From an uncultured Alphaproteobacteria bacterium (lineage in GTDB: Bacteria > Pseudomonadota > Alphaproteobacteria > HIMB59 > GCA-002718135): DNA of 64,000 nucleotides. The position numbers were made by a program, and so were the translations under genes. Below, piece by piece: positions 46,221 to 57,219 of this stretch; position 1 is the first letter of the stretch; each line of letters opens with the position of its first letter. The notes beneath the pieces were generated by a model, which searched no databases, was not told the DNA's origin, and saw only the letters and a list, made by a program, of their open reading frames with translations. The DNA lies in NCBI GenBank assembly GCA_902541435.1, contig CACBQR010000002.1, positions 515 through 64,514 of the forward strand. Reading direction: 5' to 3'.

Positions 46221-47653
46221 ATTTTTAATACTCCTGGCAAATTACAAATGACTCCATACTTTTGCCCTAAATCATAATCTGATGTGCCAAATCTAAAATT
46301 ATCAATAAGTGATGCCATATTTTCATGTTCTTCAAAATTATTTTTAAGACAAGATAAAATAAAACCATGGGATCTGTTTCCAGATTTAACAAGCATTGGA
46401 AGTTCGACTGAAGCAAACCAAAAGCGACGTAATAATAATTCTGGCGATACCCAATCTACCTCCAAATCACTCCAACCATTAGGTTGTTTAGCACGATAAG
46501 GTGAATGACCTATTTCTCTAAGTATCCAAGATAACTGTCTTTGTCTATTATTTGGCTTTATCTTAAAAGTATAATTCATTTTTTCAAATGAAAGCGGAAT
46601 ATTTAAATCAAACATTCTAGATAATTGCATTAACCATATTTCAGGTGGATGAAATTTATGTGTAATCTCATTATACTTATAAGCTTGCGTTATAACTGCT
46701 TTGTGAATTTCAATCAGGCTACCGTTGGATTTGTTCCATGCATCTATAACTGGGTTTATCATTTCATCTGTTGGTTCATCTGTAATAAAATGCCTGCATA
46801 ATTTTGTTGAAACAAATTTGATACATATTGGGTGTGTTGCCAAATCATGAATTACCTTTGCAAGTTCTCTTTTTGCATCATTTTTATATTTAACTCCTAA
46901 AACTACTTTATCTCCTTTTTGATGCATTTCCTGATCAAACCATATATCCCCGGTTTCTAAATTTTTTCTATCCCATTTGTGCGCCCAACCTGTCATGATA
47001 TAGGCTAACTGAATCACATCTTCCTGAGTGTATCCAGCATTTGGAGATACTGTATGTAATTCTAATAATTCTCTTGCATGATTTTCGTTTATCGTTTCTC
47101 CCCATTCCATTCCTTTTTTAGAATTGGGGCCAAAAGATTCTGAATTATCAAGGTGGTGAATCATACACCATGAAGTTGTAACTGACTGAACCATCTCTTC
47201 AAAAGTTTTAACCATGTTAGGTCTAATAATTTCACGCTGATAGGGTCCGGTACTAAACTCTGCTAAAAAATCTTTTTCACTTATTGCAAAATGATTTCCC
47301 CAAAAAAGCCAGAAACGCTCGAAAACGGGTTGTTTGGAATACTTTGTTTGAAAATGACGAATGGCATGTTCATTTAATTCAAAATATCTTTCTCCAGTTT
47401 TTATTCTTAATTCATCTTTTGCTTTCCTATAGGCATGTTTATCATTTTTAAATTTTTTTCTTAAAACTTCTCTATCTCCGTAGACCCATTCACCATATTT
47501 TTTTCTTAAATCTTTTTCTGTTGGGATTGTTCCAGGCCACAAGAGATCAGGGATGGTATCTAATTGATTTATTGCCCAATTAAGAGGATCTTTATCTGGT
47601 TTTTCATGTGGCGACAGGCCAAACGCTACTCGTCTATAAAAATTTAATGACAT
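46217..47653 (-). CDS. DUF1800 domain protein
   Basis: 478 aa. FWLFWGNHFA block. 4-nt overlap with the DUF1501 gene. Confidence 0.6.
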   Translation of the reverse strand: MSLNFYRRVAFGLSPHEKPDKDPLNWAINQLDTIPDLLWPGTIPTEKDLRKKYGEWVYGDREVLRKKFKNDKHAYRKAKDELRIKTGERYFELNEHAIRHFQTKYSKQPVFERFWLFWGNHFAISEKDFLAEFSTGPYQREIIRPNMVKTFEEMVQSVTTSWCMIHHLDNSESFGPNSKKGMEWGETINENHARELLELHTVSPNAGYTQEDVIQLAYIMTGWAHKWDRKNLETGDIWFDQEMHQKGDKVVLGVKYKNDAKRELAKVIHDLATHPICIKFVSTKLCRHFITDEPTDEMINPVIDAWNKSNGSLIEIHKAVITQAYKYNEITHKFHPPEIWLMQLSRMFDLNIPLSFEKMNYTFKIKPNNRQRQLSWILREIGHSPYRAKQPNGWSDLEVDWVSPELLLRRFWFASVELPMLVKSGNRSHGFILSCLKNNFEEHENMASLIDNFRFGTSDYDLGQKYGVICNLPGVLKI

Positions 47654-47705
47654 ATATAAAAAAAAATAGTTTACATATATTTATAATTTTTAAAAATAAA
47701 ATTTA

Positions 47706-48356
47706 ATGAAAAATATACCCCTAAAAATTTGTGGCGTAACAAATGTAAAGTCTGTTGAAGTGGCACATAAAAATAAAATAAAATCATTGGGTTTTGCAAG
47801 TAAAAATTTGAATGGACCAAACACAGTTAGTGATAAAAAAATACAATCATTAATTAAAGAATGTAAAAATTATAAGATAGAATCAGTACTTCTGACTCGG
47901 TATGTCTCTTTAGACAAGCTAATAGAACAAATAGATTTTACAAAACCAAAGACAATTTCATGTTCATATCATTTTCCCAAAAAAGATTTATTAAAAATAA
48001 AAAAAATATTTAGAAGATTAAAAATAGGTATTGCTATTAATCCAGAAAATTTTGATAAAAAGTACATTGAATCAATTAGAAAAATTGTTGATGTTATTTA
48101 TTTTGATATGAATGTTTATAGAAAAAAGAGTATTAAAAAATATTCATTGAGAAAAAGTATTAAACAAATACAATTTATAAAAAGTAAAAATATTCCAGTT
48201 TATATTGGTGGCGGTATAGACAAAAAAAATGTTTCAAACATTCTAAAACAAATAATACCTTTTGGATTAGATATTTCTAGAAGTTTGAAAAATCAGAGAA
48301 ATTTAATTTCTAAATCAAAACTCAAAGATTTTTTAAATCAAATTTCGGTAGGATAA
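47706..48356 (+). CDS. phosphoribosylanthranilate isomerase (TrpF)-like protein, divergent
   Basis: 216 aa. N-terminal LKICGVTN (catalytic Cys context), LGFA, and C-terminal VYIGGGID..NV......PFGLDISRSL parallel TrpF blocks. Very Lys/Ile/Asn-rich. Confidence 0.55.
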   Translation: MKNIPLKICGVTNVKSVEVAHKNKIKSLGFASKNLNGPNTVSDKKIQSLIKECKNYKIESVLLTRYVSLDKLIEQIDFTKPKTISCSYHFPKKDLLKIKKIFRRLKIGIAINPENFDKKYIESIRKIVDVIYFDMNVYRKKSIKKYSLRKSIKQIQFIKSKNIPVYIGGGIDKKNVSNILKQIIPFGLDISRSLKNQRNLISKSKLKDFLNQISVG

Positions 48357-48833
48357 TCTTTTAATAATATATTTATTTTGCAACTCTTTCGATAATACTT
48401 TTATTGATTTTTTTTCGATCGGATGTCTGAGAAAAGGATCAATATCAAGTATTGGATATAACACGAAGTCTCTTTCAGCTGCTCTAGGGTGAGGAATTAT
48501 TAAATTTTTTTTATTAAATATTTGTTTGCCAAAAAAAATAATATCTAAATCAATAATTCTTGGACCATTGATTATTTTTTTATTTTTTTTTAATTTTTTT
48601 TCAATTTCATAAATATTATTTATTAATTCTAATGGCTGCTGATTGGTTAATAGTTTAATTGCGGTGTTAAAAAAATTACTTTGCGATTTGTATCCATAAG
48701 GAGAAGAAATATAAATATTAGCAATTTTTTTTATATTACCAATATTTTCTAACTCTCTAACGGCAGAGCGTAAATTAAATATAGTATTACCTAGATTTGA
48801 GCCAAGTGCGATTATTGTTTCAGTTTGATACAC
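48333..48833 (-). CDS. folK: 2-amino-4-hydroxy-6-hydroxymethyldihydropteridine pyrophosphokinase
   Basis: 166 aa. IIALGSNLGN, GPRIIDLDIIFF, IPHPR. Confidence 0.85.
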   Translation of the reverse strand: MYQTETIIALGSNLGNTIFNLRSAVRELENIGNIKKIANIYISSPYGYKSQSNFFNTAIKLLTNQQPLELINNIYEIEKKLKKNKKIINGPRIIDLDIIFFGKQIFNKKNLIIPHPRAAERDFVLYPILDIDPFLRHPIEKKSIKVLSKELQNKYIIKRLSYRNLI

Positions 48834-49164
48834 TTAGTGATTCAGCTCCATATTTTTTTGCTACAGCTGTTTTATTAATTGTAATTTTAACTTTTTTTAT
48901 TTTAAATTTTTTTTCAAGAGCATTGGATGTTTTTATTATTAAATTCTCAAGAGTATGTGATTGAGATTCCTTTATGAAAGTTTTTAAATATTTAGTAATA
49001 GATGAATAATCCTTCACATTATTTATATTATTTAAATCTAGTGAGTTTTTAACAGGATAACTAAATTCTAATGTTACCTTTAATAACTGTTTTTTCTTTC
49101 GCTCTTGAGCAGTGATACCTATGTTTGCACTGATGGATAAGTTTTTAATTTCTACTTTGAACAT
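48820..49164 (-). CDS. folB: dihydroneopterin aldolase
   Basis: 114 aa. IGITAQER near the N-terminus, a DY tetrad context, position between folP and folK. Confidence 0.7.
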   Translation of the reverse strand: MFKVEIKNLSISANIGITAQERKKKQLLKVTLEFSYPVKNSLDLNNINNVKDYSSITKYLKTFIKESQSHTLENLIIKTSNALEKKFKIKKVKITINKTAVAKKYGAESLSVSN

Positions 49165-49970
49165 AGTTTTTCAAAAATTTTTAATGATTGAGACGTTTCT
49201 TTTATGTCGTGAACTCTAAATATATCAACTCCCTTTTGATAACAATATAATGCAGAAGCGATTGAACCTCCCAATCTTTGATTTGTTTCACTCTTATCTA
49301 TGAAGTTGATCCAGCTTTTTCTAGATGATCCTAATAATAATCCATATCCCTTAAACTTAAACTGATTAATTTTTTGCATAATTTCTATATTTTGTTTTAA
49401 ATTTTTACCAAAACCAATACCTGGGTCAAACCAAACTTTGGATGAAGGAATTTTTATTTTTTCTAATTGTTTAATTTTCTGAAGAAATATTTTTTTAATA
49501 TCTTGTACAACATTATTATATGAGTGTATTTTCTTTTGCATCGTTTTGGGTGGTGCAGGTGTGTGCATTAAAATTAAACCAGTTTTAAATTTTTTACTTA
49601 AAAAGAATAAATCTTCTGAGCCGCCGAAGACATCATTTATAATATGTGCTCCCATATTTAATGCATATTCTTGAGTTTCAATTTTATTAGTATCAACCGA
49701 TATGACAAATTTATTTTTTGGCAATTTTTTTAATATTGGTTCTAATCTTTTAACTTCTTCTTTGTGTGTTAATGGATCTGAACCAGGTCTTGTACTTTCA
49801 GCCCCAATGTCAATAATACTTGCTCCATTTTTGACCATTTCTTTAATATTTTTTAGTGCATCTAAACTTTTAAAACTCTTTCCACCATCACTAAAAGAGT
49901 CAGGAGTAACATTGCATATTCCCATTACCGTTGGACTAGTTAGTTTAAAATTATATTTTCCTAATTTCAT
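49152..49970 (-). CDS. folP: dihydropteroate synthase
   Basis: 272 aa. MGICNVTPDSFSDGG, IIDIGAESTRPG, DPGIGFGK. Confidence 0.9.
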   Translation of the reverse strand: MKLGKYNFKLTSPTVMGICNVTPDSFSDGGKSFKSLDALKNIKEMVKNGASIIDIGAESTRPGSDPLTHKEEVKRLEPILKKLPKNKFVISVDTNKIETQEYALNMGAHIINDVFGGSEDLFFLSKKFKTGLILMHTPAPPKTMQKKIHSYNNVVQDIKKIFLQKIKQLEKIKIPSSKVWFDPGIGFGKNLKQNIEIMQKINQFKFKGYGLLLGSSRKSWINFIDKSETNQRLGGSIASALYCYQKGVDIFRVHDIKETSQSLKIFEKLCSK

Positions 49971-50722
49971 TTCAATAATATTTTTGAATATTTTTTTGAT
50001 AAAAAATTATATATTTTTATAGAAGATCTATACCAATTAAATTGTTTAATAAAAGAAATACTAACCACCCCTTTGCCAGAGCCAACTAAAAGTATTTCAC
50101 TAAATTGATGTAAACTAGAAAAATTAATATCTGTTTTATAAATTTTATAAGGTAGATTTTTAATTAAGTATCCTAGAGTAATACCATAATAATAGTAATT
50201 TTTTGGTATAAATAATTTATTACCATTTACAAAAATTAAATTGGTCGTAGAGCCTTCTAAAATTTTATTGTTAAAGTAAAAAAGAATTTCTTCTTTTTGT
50301 AAATTAATTTTTTTTTGTAAAGAAATTATTTTTTTGTACTGTAAGTTTTTGAAGTTAGGTAAAGACCGCTGGTATCTAAAAAATTCTGCAGTAAAATACT
50401 TATGATCTTTGTTTCGTTTACGTACAGATAATGAAATTATTTTTTTTGTGACTGCAATTCTTAATAGGTGGTCGTAATTTTTAATTTTAGAATATTTATT
50501 TAAAAAATTAGTTAAAAGATTTTTTGAAATTTTAATATCAATGCCAAAATATCTTAAATCTCTATTTAGTTTTTTTAAATGCTTATCAACTAAGATAAAA
50601 TTTGGCTCTTTGCCAAATAGTCGAATAGTTGTAAAGATACCCTTGTATCCCCAAAGAGAATTGAACTTAAGTAATTTAAAATTCTTAGCGTGAAAGGATT
50701 TTTTTAATAAGATATTTTCCAT
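49967..50722 (-). CDS. pabC: aminodeoxychorismate lyase-like (class IV aminotransferase fold)
   Basis: 251 aa. ILEGSTTNLIFV...L.IP....YYGITLGYL and the E.LLVGS.KGVV.I tail. Sits between pabA and folP. Confidence 0.6.
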   Translation of the reverse strand: MENILLKKSFHAKNFKLLKFNSLWGYKGIFTTIRLFGKEPNFILVDKHLKKLNRDLRYFGIDIKISKNLLTNFLNKYSKIKNYDHLLRIAVTKKIISLSVRKRNKDHKYFTAEFFRYQRSLPNFKNLQYKKIISLQKKINLQKEEILFYFNNKILEGSTTNLIFVNGNKLFIPKNYYYYGITLGYLIKNLPYKIYKTDINFSSLHQFSEILLVGSGKGVVSISFIKQFNWYRSSIKIYNFLSKKYSKILLK

Positions 50723-51242
50723 GTGGAGTTAAAAATGAATCTGGGTGAAACTGTAATCCATACACTTTATTAATATCATCTTCAACCGCCATTGCTACAT
50801 TTGTTTTTACACAACGCATTGTAATTATCATTGATTGAGAAACAAATGGTTCAGCCATTTTTAAGGAATGATATCGACCTCCTAAAAAATTAAAATTTTT
50901 TTTAAAAATTGATTTATCGTTAGTAACTTTAATATGACTCTGATAACCATGAAGAATATTTTTTTGTTGAACTATTTTAGCTCCCTCACAAAAAACTATT
51001 TGTTGGAAACCTAAACATATTCCTAATATTTTTTTCTTTCCTTTATATTTATTGTAAATCTTTGTTGTTAATGGATAATCTTTTGGTTCACCAGGGCCTG
51101 GTGAAAGAACGATGGTCGAAGATTTTTCTAGTTTTGTTTGATCTATTTCATAATAATTTGAAACAAATGTTGGCTCAATACTATCTAGTAGATGAGCTAA
51201 ATTGTATGTGAATGAGTCTTCGTGATCAATGAGATAAATCAT
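50685..51242 (-). CDS. pabA: aminodeoxychorismate/anthranilate synthase glutamine amidotransferase component
   Basis: 185 aa. LGICLGFQ (nucleophile Cys), LQFHPDS. Confidence 0.85.
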   Translation of the reverse strand: MIYLIDHEDSFTYNLAHLLDSIEPTFVSNYYEIDQTKLEKSSTIVLSPGPGEPKDYPLTTKIYNKYKGKKKILGICLGFQQIVFCEGAKIVQQKNILHGYQSHIKVTNDKSIFKKNFNFLGGRYHSLKMAEPFVSQSMIITMRCVKTNVAMAVEDDINKVYGLQFHPDSFLTPHGKYLIKKILSR

Positions 51243-52447
51243 TAGTTAAATAGATCTAAAAGTGATTTAGCTTTAATATAATTTTCATTATATTCTTTTT
51301 TTGCGGTACTCCCTAAGATCACACCACTGGCAACTGATAATTCAATATCATTTTTAAAATTAAGTAGTGTTCTAATCATTATGTTAAATCGCATATCCCC
51401 ATTTGAATGTATAATTCCAAAACTGCCTGTATAAATATTTCTGTCAAATTTTTCTTTTCTATTTAGAAGTTGAATAGTACTAATTTTTGGACAACCAATG
51501 ACTGAACCACCTGGCATTAAAGAAGAAATTATATCATGGTTACTGATATTATTTTTTATAACTCCCTTGATTGTCGTAACGTAATGAAAAAGATCACGAT
51601 ATTCCTCAACTTTTTTTAGTTTATCTATTTTTACAGATCCTGTTTTACAAATTTTAGACAGATCATTTCTTTCCATATCAACAATCATATTATGTTCTTT
51701 GGTTTCTTTTTCATTTGTTCTAAAGAATGTGAGAGCTTTATTTTTATTTAACTGCTTTGTTTTTCTTAATGTTCCAGCAATAGGTTTAGTTCTAATTATG
51801 TTATTTTTTTTCAATATGAGTGTCTCTGGTGAACAACTTACAATATTATAGTCTTTTTCCCTGATAAGAAAACTTTCAGGCGATTCATTCATTTTCATTA
51901 GTTTCCAAAAAAGATCAATAGAATTGATATTACCTTTTTTCGAATATGTTTGAGCTATTTTAATTTGATAAGTTTTTCCCTGCTTAATATTTTTAGAGAA
52001 ATCGTTAAATATCTTAGAGTACTGCTTTAAAGATAAATTAAGATTAAACTTTTTATTTAACTGTAAATATTTTTTTGTATTTATACTTATATTTCTAAAA
52101 TTGGCTTTAATGCTTTTGATTATTATTTTTTTACCAATACTAATTTTAGTTTGTGGCTTGTAAAATACGCCGCTAGGAAAATTTTTAGATTGCTGTTTTG
52201 GAAACTTTATTCCTATATTTTCACAAAGAAGTTTATAACCAAAGAAACCAACATAACAATTCAATTCTTCAATCTTAGATTTTTTTGATTTTGATTGGAT
52301 ATTAAGAAAATATTTTAGATTTTTTTTGTTAATAATAATTCTTCTAGAAAAATCAGTATAGATGTCATAGCCCTTATCAGTTTTATAAATTATAAGAGGA
52401 TTATCTGATTGATATAGTGTATTTAGATATTCTTTATTGTTCAGCAC
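51242..52447 (-). CDS. pabB: aminodeoxychorismate synthase component I (chorismate-binding), short form
   Basis: 401 aa. KPIAGT, E...EH.MIVD..RND, PGGSVIGCPK. Confidence 0.75.
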   Translation of the reverse strand: MLNNKEYLNTLYQSDNPLIIYKTDKGYDIYTDFSRRIIINKKNLKYFLNIQSKSKKSKIEELNCYVGFFGYKLLCENIGIKFPKQQSKNFPSGVFYKPQTKISIGKKIIIKSIKANFRNISINTKKYLQLNKKFNLNLSLKQYSKIFNDFSKNIKQGKTYQIKIAQTYSKKGNINSIDLFWKLMKMNESPESFLIREKDYNIVSCSPETLILKKNNIIRTKPIAGTLRKTKQLNKNKALTFFRTNEKETKEHNMIVDMERNDLSKICKTGSVKIDKLKKVEEYRDLFHYVTTIKGVIKNNISNHDIISSLMPGGSVIGCPKISTIQLLNRKEKFDRNIYTGSFGIIHSNGDMRFNIMIRTLLNFKNDIELSVASGVILGSTAKKEYNENYIKAKSLLDLFN

Positions 52448-52475
52448 TTGATTCTATTATAATTAGGATACTTAT

Positions 52476-52898
52476 ATGAAAAGTTTTTTTACTAAAATAT
52501 TCTTTTTTTGCTTAACAGTCACATGGTCTTTAGGTCTTTTTGCACATGGAACTATCATTTTTCCAAATGTAGAACATGGTGATGGTTACATTGATGTTAA
52601 GATATATGACTCAAAAGAGAGCTTTTTGGATGAAGAATTAGCAATTGAGAGCGTTAGAAAAAGAGTGCAAAAGGGTGAGGTTGTAGTTCCTTTGAGTAAG
52701 ATACATGAAGGAAAAATAGCAATTGTTGCCTATCATGATGAAGATTCAGATGGAAAATTAAAGACTGGATTATTCTGGAGACCAAAAGAAGGTTTTGCCT
52801 TTAGTAATAATTATCAACCAAAAGGTCCCCCATCATTTGAAAAAGCTTCAATCATTTTAGTTCATGGCGAACCCGTGGTAATAGAACTTAATTATTAA
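52476..52898 (+). CDS. DUF2141 domain secreted protein
   Basis: 140 aa with signal peptide. IAIVAYHDEDSDGKL......P.EGFAFSNN....GPPSFE.A is typical of DUF2141. Confidence 0.65.
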   Translation: MKSFFTKIFFFCLTVTWSLGLFAHGTIIFPNVEHGDGYIDVKIYDSKESFLDEELAIESVRKRVQKGEVVVPLSKIHEGKIAIVAYHDEDSDGKLKTGLFWRPKEGFAFSNNYQPKGPPSFEKASIILVHGEPVVIELNY

Positions 52899-52909
52899 AA
52901 AATATATTG

Positions 52910-54292
52910 ATGTCGTTACAGTTACAAAACACATTAAGTGGTAAAAAAGAATTTTTTAAACCAGTTAATCCAGATCATGTAAGAATATATGCTTGCGGTC
53001 CAACTGTTTACAATTTTGCGCACATAGGTAATGCGCGTATGGCAGTTGTAAATGATTTATTAGTCCGTGTATTAAAAACACAATTTAAACAAGTGACCTA
53101 TGTATCTAATATCACTGATATTGATGACAAAATAATAGAAGCTTCTAAAGAAACAGGTGAGGACATTAGTTCTATCACAAATAAATATACAGAGATTTAC
53201 AATAATGACATGAGTGCACTTGGCGTTAATCTTCCTGATATTCAACCAAGGGCAACTGATCATATTAAAGAAATGATCGAGTTGATAAAAAAATTAATTG
53301 ATGAAAATAAAGCTTATGAAAAAGAGGGTCATGTTTTATTTCATGTGCCAAGTTTTGATAATTATGGAATTCTTTCAAAAAGAAATAGAGATGAACAAAT
53401 AGCTGGAAGCCGTGTTGAAGTAGCGCCGTTCAAAAAAGATCCAGCAGATTTTATTTTATGGAAACCTTCTCCCTCACCCTTACCTGGTTGGGATTCACCT
53501 TGGGGATTTGGAAGACCAGGATGGCATTTAGAATGCTCAGTTATGTCAGAAAAATCATTAGGTCTTCCTTTTGATATCCATAGCGGTGGTATTGACTTGG
53601 TGTTTCCGCATCATGAAAATGAAATAGCACAAACTTGTTCTATATCTGAAAATAAAGATCCTAAAGATTTTGCAACTTATTGGTTTCATAATGGATTTGT
53701 TAATGTTGAGGGAGAAAAAATGTCAAAGTCAATTGGTAATATTAGACTCGTTCATGATCTCAATAAAAAATACAAGGGAGAGGTTTTGCGATTAACATTG
53801 TTGTCAGCACATTACAAACAGCCATTGAACTGGACAGAAGAAATCATTGAACAAAATAGCAAAATGATAGATCGACTTTATAGAGTTCTATTAGAGCTGT
53901 CAGAAGTTGAAATAAATTTTAACTTACCTTCTGATACTATAATGGAATCATTTTTAGATGATTTGAATACACCCAAAGTCATTGCAAAACTTAATGAAGA
54001 AGCAAATGATGCTTCATCTGCATCTGATGAAAGAAAAAAAGAAATCAAAAAAAATCTTCTTTCTGCCGGTAAAATATTAGGTATTCTTGAAGATGATCCA
54101 AGAAATTGGCTAGGTTATAATCAAAAAGATACTGAAAATGCTGAAGAAATTGAAAGGTTGATAAATGAACGTAATGAAGCTAGACGCAGTAAAAATTTTA
54201 ATTTGGCAGATACTATTAGGGACACATTAAAAGATAAAGGCATAGAAATAGAAGATACTGATAAAGGAACGATTTGGCGGAAATCTAGATGA
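52910..54292 (+). CDS. cysS: cysteine--tRNA ligase
   Basis: HIGNAR (HIGH) and KMSKS motifs. The ATG at 52910 is preferred to the TTG at 52907. Confidence 0.95.
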   Translation: MSLQLQNTLSGKKEFFKPVNPDHVRIYACGPTVYNFAHIGNARMAVVNDLLVRVLKTQFKQVTYVSNITDIDDKIIEASKETGEDISSITNKYTEIYNNDMSALGVNLPDIQPRATDHIKEMIELIKKLIDENKAYEKEGHVLFHVPSFDNYGILSKRNRDEQIAGSRVEVAPFKKDPADFILWKPSPSPLPGWDSPWGFGRPGWHLECSVMSEKSLGLPFDIHSGGIDLVFPHHENEIAQTCSISENKDPKDFATYWFHNGFVNVEGEKMSKSIGNIRLVHDLNKKYKGEVLRLTLLSAHYKQPLNWTEEIIEQNSKMIDRLYRVLLELSEVEINFNLPSDTIMESFLDDLNTPKVIAKLNEEANDASSASDERKKEIKKNLLSAGKILGILEDDPRNWLGYNQKDTENAEEIERLINERNEARRSKNFNLADTIRDTLKDKGIEIEDTDKGTIWRKSR

Positions 54293-56214
54293 GTGAAAAG
54301 ATAATAATTACATTTCCAGATGGAAATAAAAAGGAAGTTGATAAAGGCATCAATGGTCTTGAATTGGCATCACAAATTTCTAAATCTCTTGCCAAAGAAT
54401 CAGTTGCTATAAAAATTAATAATGAGATAAAAGATATTAGTTTACCTATTAATGGTAATGCATCTGTAGTGATTCTAAAGAGAGATAGCGAGGAAGCACT
54501 TGAATTAATACGACATGATTGTGCTCATGTAATGGCAGAAGCTGTCCAGGAATTATTCCCTGGAACACAAGTTACAATTGGTCCAGCAATTGAAAATGGT
54601 TTTTATTATGATTTTGCAAGAGATGAACCTTTTACTGTTGCAGATCTTCCAAAAATTGAAAAGAAGATGCACGATATCATTCAAAGAAATAAAAATTTCA
54701 TTAGAGAAGTGTGGTCTAAAGAGGAATCGATAAAATATTTTAAAGACAAAGGTGAAAACTACAAAGTTGAATTAATTAATGATCTGCCTGATATTGAGGA
54801 AATTAGTATTTACAAACAAGGTGATTGGTTAGACTTGTGCCGAGGCCCTCATATGGTTTCAACAAAACAAATTGGTAAAGCATTTAAATTAATGAAAGTT
54901 GCTGGCGCTTACTGGCGAGGTGATTCATCTAATACAATGCTAACAAGAATTTATGGAACGGCCTGGGCAACAGAAAAGGATCTTGAACAACACCTTTTAC
55001 AAATTGAAGAAGCGGAAAAAAGAGATCACCGAAAACTAGGAAGAGAAATGGATTTATTTCATTTTCAGGAAGAGGCTCCTGGAGCGGTGTTTTGGCATCC
55101 TAAGGGTTGGACATTATTCCAATCGCTAATAAATTATATGCGAAACAGACAAGACAAGGCAGGTTACGTAGAAACTAATACACCAGACATGATGGATAAG
55201 TCTCTATGGGAAACGTCTGGTCACTGGGACAAATTTAGTGACATGATGTTTAGAACAGAAGCAAAAGACGATAAAATTTATGCTATCAAACCAATGAATT
55301 GTCCTGGTGCTGTAGAAATTTTTAAACAAGGATTAAAAAGTTATAGAGACTTACCATTTCTATTGTCTGAATTCGGAAAAGTACATCGTTATGAACCATC
55401 AGGTGCTCTTCATGGATTAATGAGGGTGAGAGCATTCACACAAGATGATGCACATATATTTTGTACAGAAGATCAAATTACACAAGAGAGTAAAACAGTA
55501 TGTGATTTGATACTTAGTATCTATAAGGATTTTGGTTTCAATAATGTTAGAATTAAATTTTCTGACCGTCCTGAAAAACGCGTAGGGGATGATGCTATTT
55601 GGGATAAAGCTGAGGCTGCATTAATGCAAGCCATGGAAGCAACAGGTCTTGAGTATACACTCAACCCAGGAGAAGGTGCATTTTACGGTCCAAAATTAGA
55701 GTTTGTTTTACGTGATGCAATTGGCAGAGACTGGCAATGCGGAACACTGCAAGTAGATTTAAATTTACCTGGAAGATTGGGAGCCACTTATATTGGAGAA
55801 GATGGTAATAAAAAAATACCAGTTATGTTGCATAGAGCTCTATTTGGTTCCTTAGAGAGATTCACTGGTATTCTAATTGAACATTATGCAGGCCATCTTC
55901 CGTTTTGGCTTTCACCATTGCAAGCTGTAGTTGCTACAATTACATCTGATACAGATGGGTATGCTTATGAGGTACAAAAAGCATTAGTATCAAAAGGAAT
56001 TAGGGCCGAAATAGATACACGTAATGAAAAAATTGGTTATAAAATACGTGAACACAGTAATAGTAAAGTACCAGCAATTATTGCTGTCGGAAAAAAAGAA
56101 GCTGAAGATAAAACAGTATCTGTTAGAAGAATTGGATCCTCTGAAACAAAGACCTTTAAATTAGAAGATATTGTTACTAACTTATCTAAAGAAGCAAAAT
56201 CACCAATAGAATAA
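54289..56214 (+). CDS. thrS: threonine--tRNA ligase
   Basis: 641 aa. TGS domain (ITFPDG), editing-domain HDCAH, class II core ([24 protein letters not shown]). Confidence 0.95.
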   Translation: MSEKIIITFPDGNKKEVDKGINGLELASQISKSLAKESVAIKINNEIKDISLPINGNASVVILKRDSEEALELIRHDCAHVMAEAVQELFPGTQVTIGPAIENGFYYDFARDEPFTVADLPKIEKKMHDIIQRNKNFIREVWSKEESIKYFKDKGENYKVELINDLPDIEEISIYKQGDWLDLCRGPHMVSTKQIGKAFKLMKVAGAYWRGDSSNTMLTRIYGTAWATEKDLEQHLLQIEEAEKRDHRKLGREMDLFHFQEEAPGAVFWHPKGWTLFQSLINYMRNRQDKAGYVETNTPDMMDKSLWETSGHWDKFSDMMFRTEAKDDKIYAIKPMNCPGAVEIFKQGLKSYRDLPFLLSEFGKVHRYEPSGALHGLMRVRAFTQDDAHIFCTEDQITQESKTVCDLILSIYKDFGFNNVRIKFSDRPEKRVGDDAIWDKAEAALMQAMEATGLEYTLNPGEGAFYGPKLEFVLRDAIGRDWQCGTLQVDLNLPGRLGATYIGEDGNKKIPVMLHRALFGSLERFTGILIEHYAGHLPFWLSPLQAVVATITSDTDGYAYEVQKALVSKGIRAEIDTRNEKIGYKIREHSNSKVPAIIAVGKKEAEDKTVSVRRIGSSETKTFKLEDIVTNLSKEAKSPIE

Positions 56215-56217
56215 AAA

Positions 56218-57219
56218 ATGAATAACATGCAAGGCAAGTTTCCAAGTACAAGACTTAGACGTAATAGAATGAAAGAATTTTCTCGTCGTTTAGTTGCTGA
56301 AAATACACTTAGTGTTAATGATTTAATCTTGCCTCTATTTGTATGCGAGGGAAAGAAGGTTGATGATCCTATTAATTCGATGCCTGGTGTAAGCAGATAC
56401 TCTATTGATAAACTTTTAAGTGAAGTAGAAAAAGCTGTTAAATTTAATATTCCTGCTATTGCAATTTTTCCGCAAATTGAAAGTGGCCTTAAAAATTCTG
56501 AGGGAAGTTTAGCTATAGATGAAAACAATTTGGTATGCAGATCAATTAAAAGTATCAAAAAAGATTTTCCAAATATTGGTATTGTATGTGATGTTGCGTT
56601 AGATCCTTTTACGGACCATGGGCATGATGGTTTAGTTATAAATGATAAAATAGATAATGATAAAACTTTGGACATTTTGGAACAACAAGCTCTAATCCAA
56701 GCGAATGCTGGTTGTGATGTAATCGCCCCATCAGATATGATGGACGGTAGGGTTGGAAGAATAAGAAATGCGTTAGATTCAAATAATTTAACTGATACCC
56801 TAATACTTTCTTATGCTGCAAAATACGCTTCAGGTTTTTATGGACCTTTTAGAGATGCTATAGGTTCTGGTTCTAGTTTAGGTAAAGATGGTAAATTAAC
56901 ATATCAAATGGATCCAGCAAACAGTGAGGAAGCGATTAGAGAAGTTGGATTAGATATAAGTGAAGGAGCAGATATGGTAATGGTTAAGCCTGGTATGCCC
57001 TATCTTGACATTATTTCTAGAATAAAATCAGAATTTAAAGTTCCAACTTTTGCCTACCAAGTATCTGGTGAATATTCGATGATAAAAGAATCAATCAATA
57101 AAGGTTGGGTCAATGAAAAAGTTATAATGGAATCTCTTTTGTCTTTTAAAAGAGCTGGGGCAAATGGTATACTAACTTACTTTGCATTAGAGGCTGCTGA
57201 AAGATTAAAATATGAATAA
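56218..57219 (+). CDS. hemB: porphobilinogen synthase (delta-aminolevulinate dehydratase)
   Basis: 333 aa. [38 protein letters not shown]. Confidence 0.95.
   Translation: MNNMQGKFPSTRLRRNRMKEFSRRLVAENTLSVNDLILPLFVCEGKKVDDPINSMPGVSRYSIDKLLSEVEKAVKFNIPAIAIFPQIESGLKNSEGSLAIDENNLVCRSIKSIKKDFPNIGIVCDVALDPFTDHGHDGLVINDKIDNDKTLDILEQQALIQANAGCDVIAPSDMMDGRVGRIRNALDSNNLTDTLILSYAAKYASGFYGPFRDAIGSGSSLGKDGKLTYQMDPANSEEAIREVGLDISEGADMVMVKPGMPYLDIISRIKSEFKVPTFAYQVSGEYSMIKESINKGWVNEKVIMESLLSFKRAGANGILTYFALEAAERLKYE

Noticed and set aside
56037-56675. 212-aa ORF on the minus strand
   Set aside because: It lies antisense across the junction of two strongly supported plus-strand genes (thrS 3' end and hemB 5' end). 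It has S/L/I-rich low-complexity composition typical of antisense frames and no motif.
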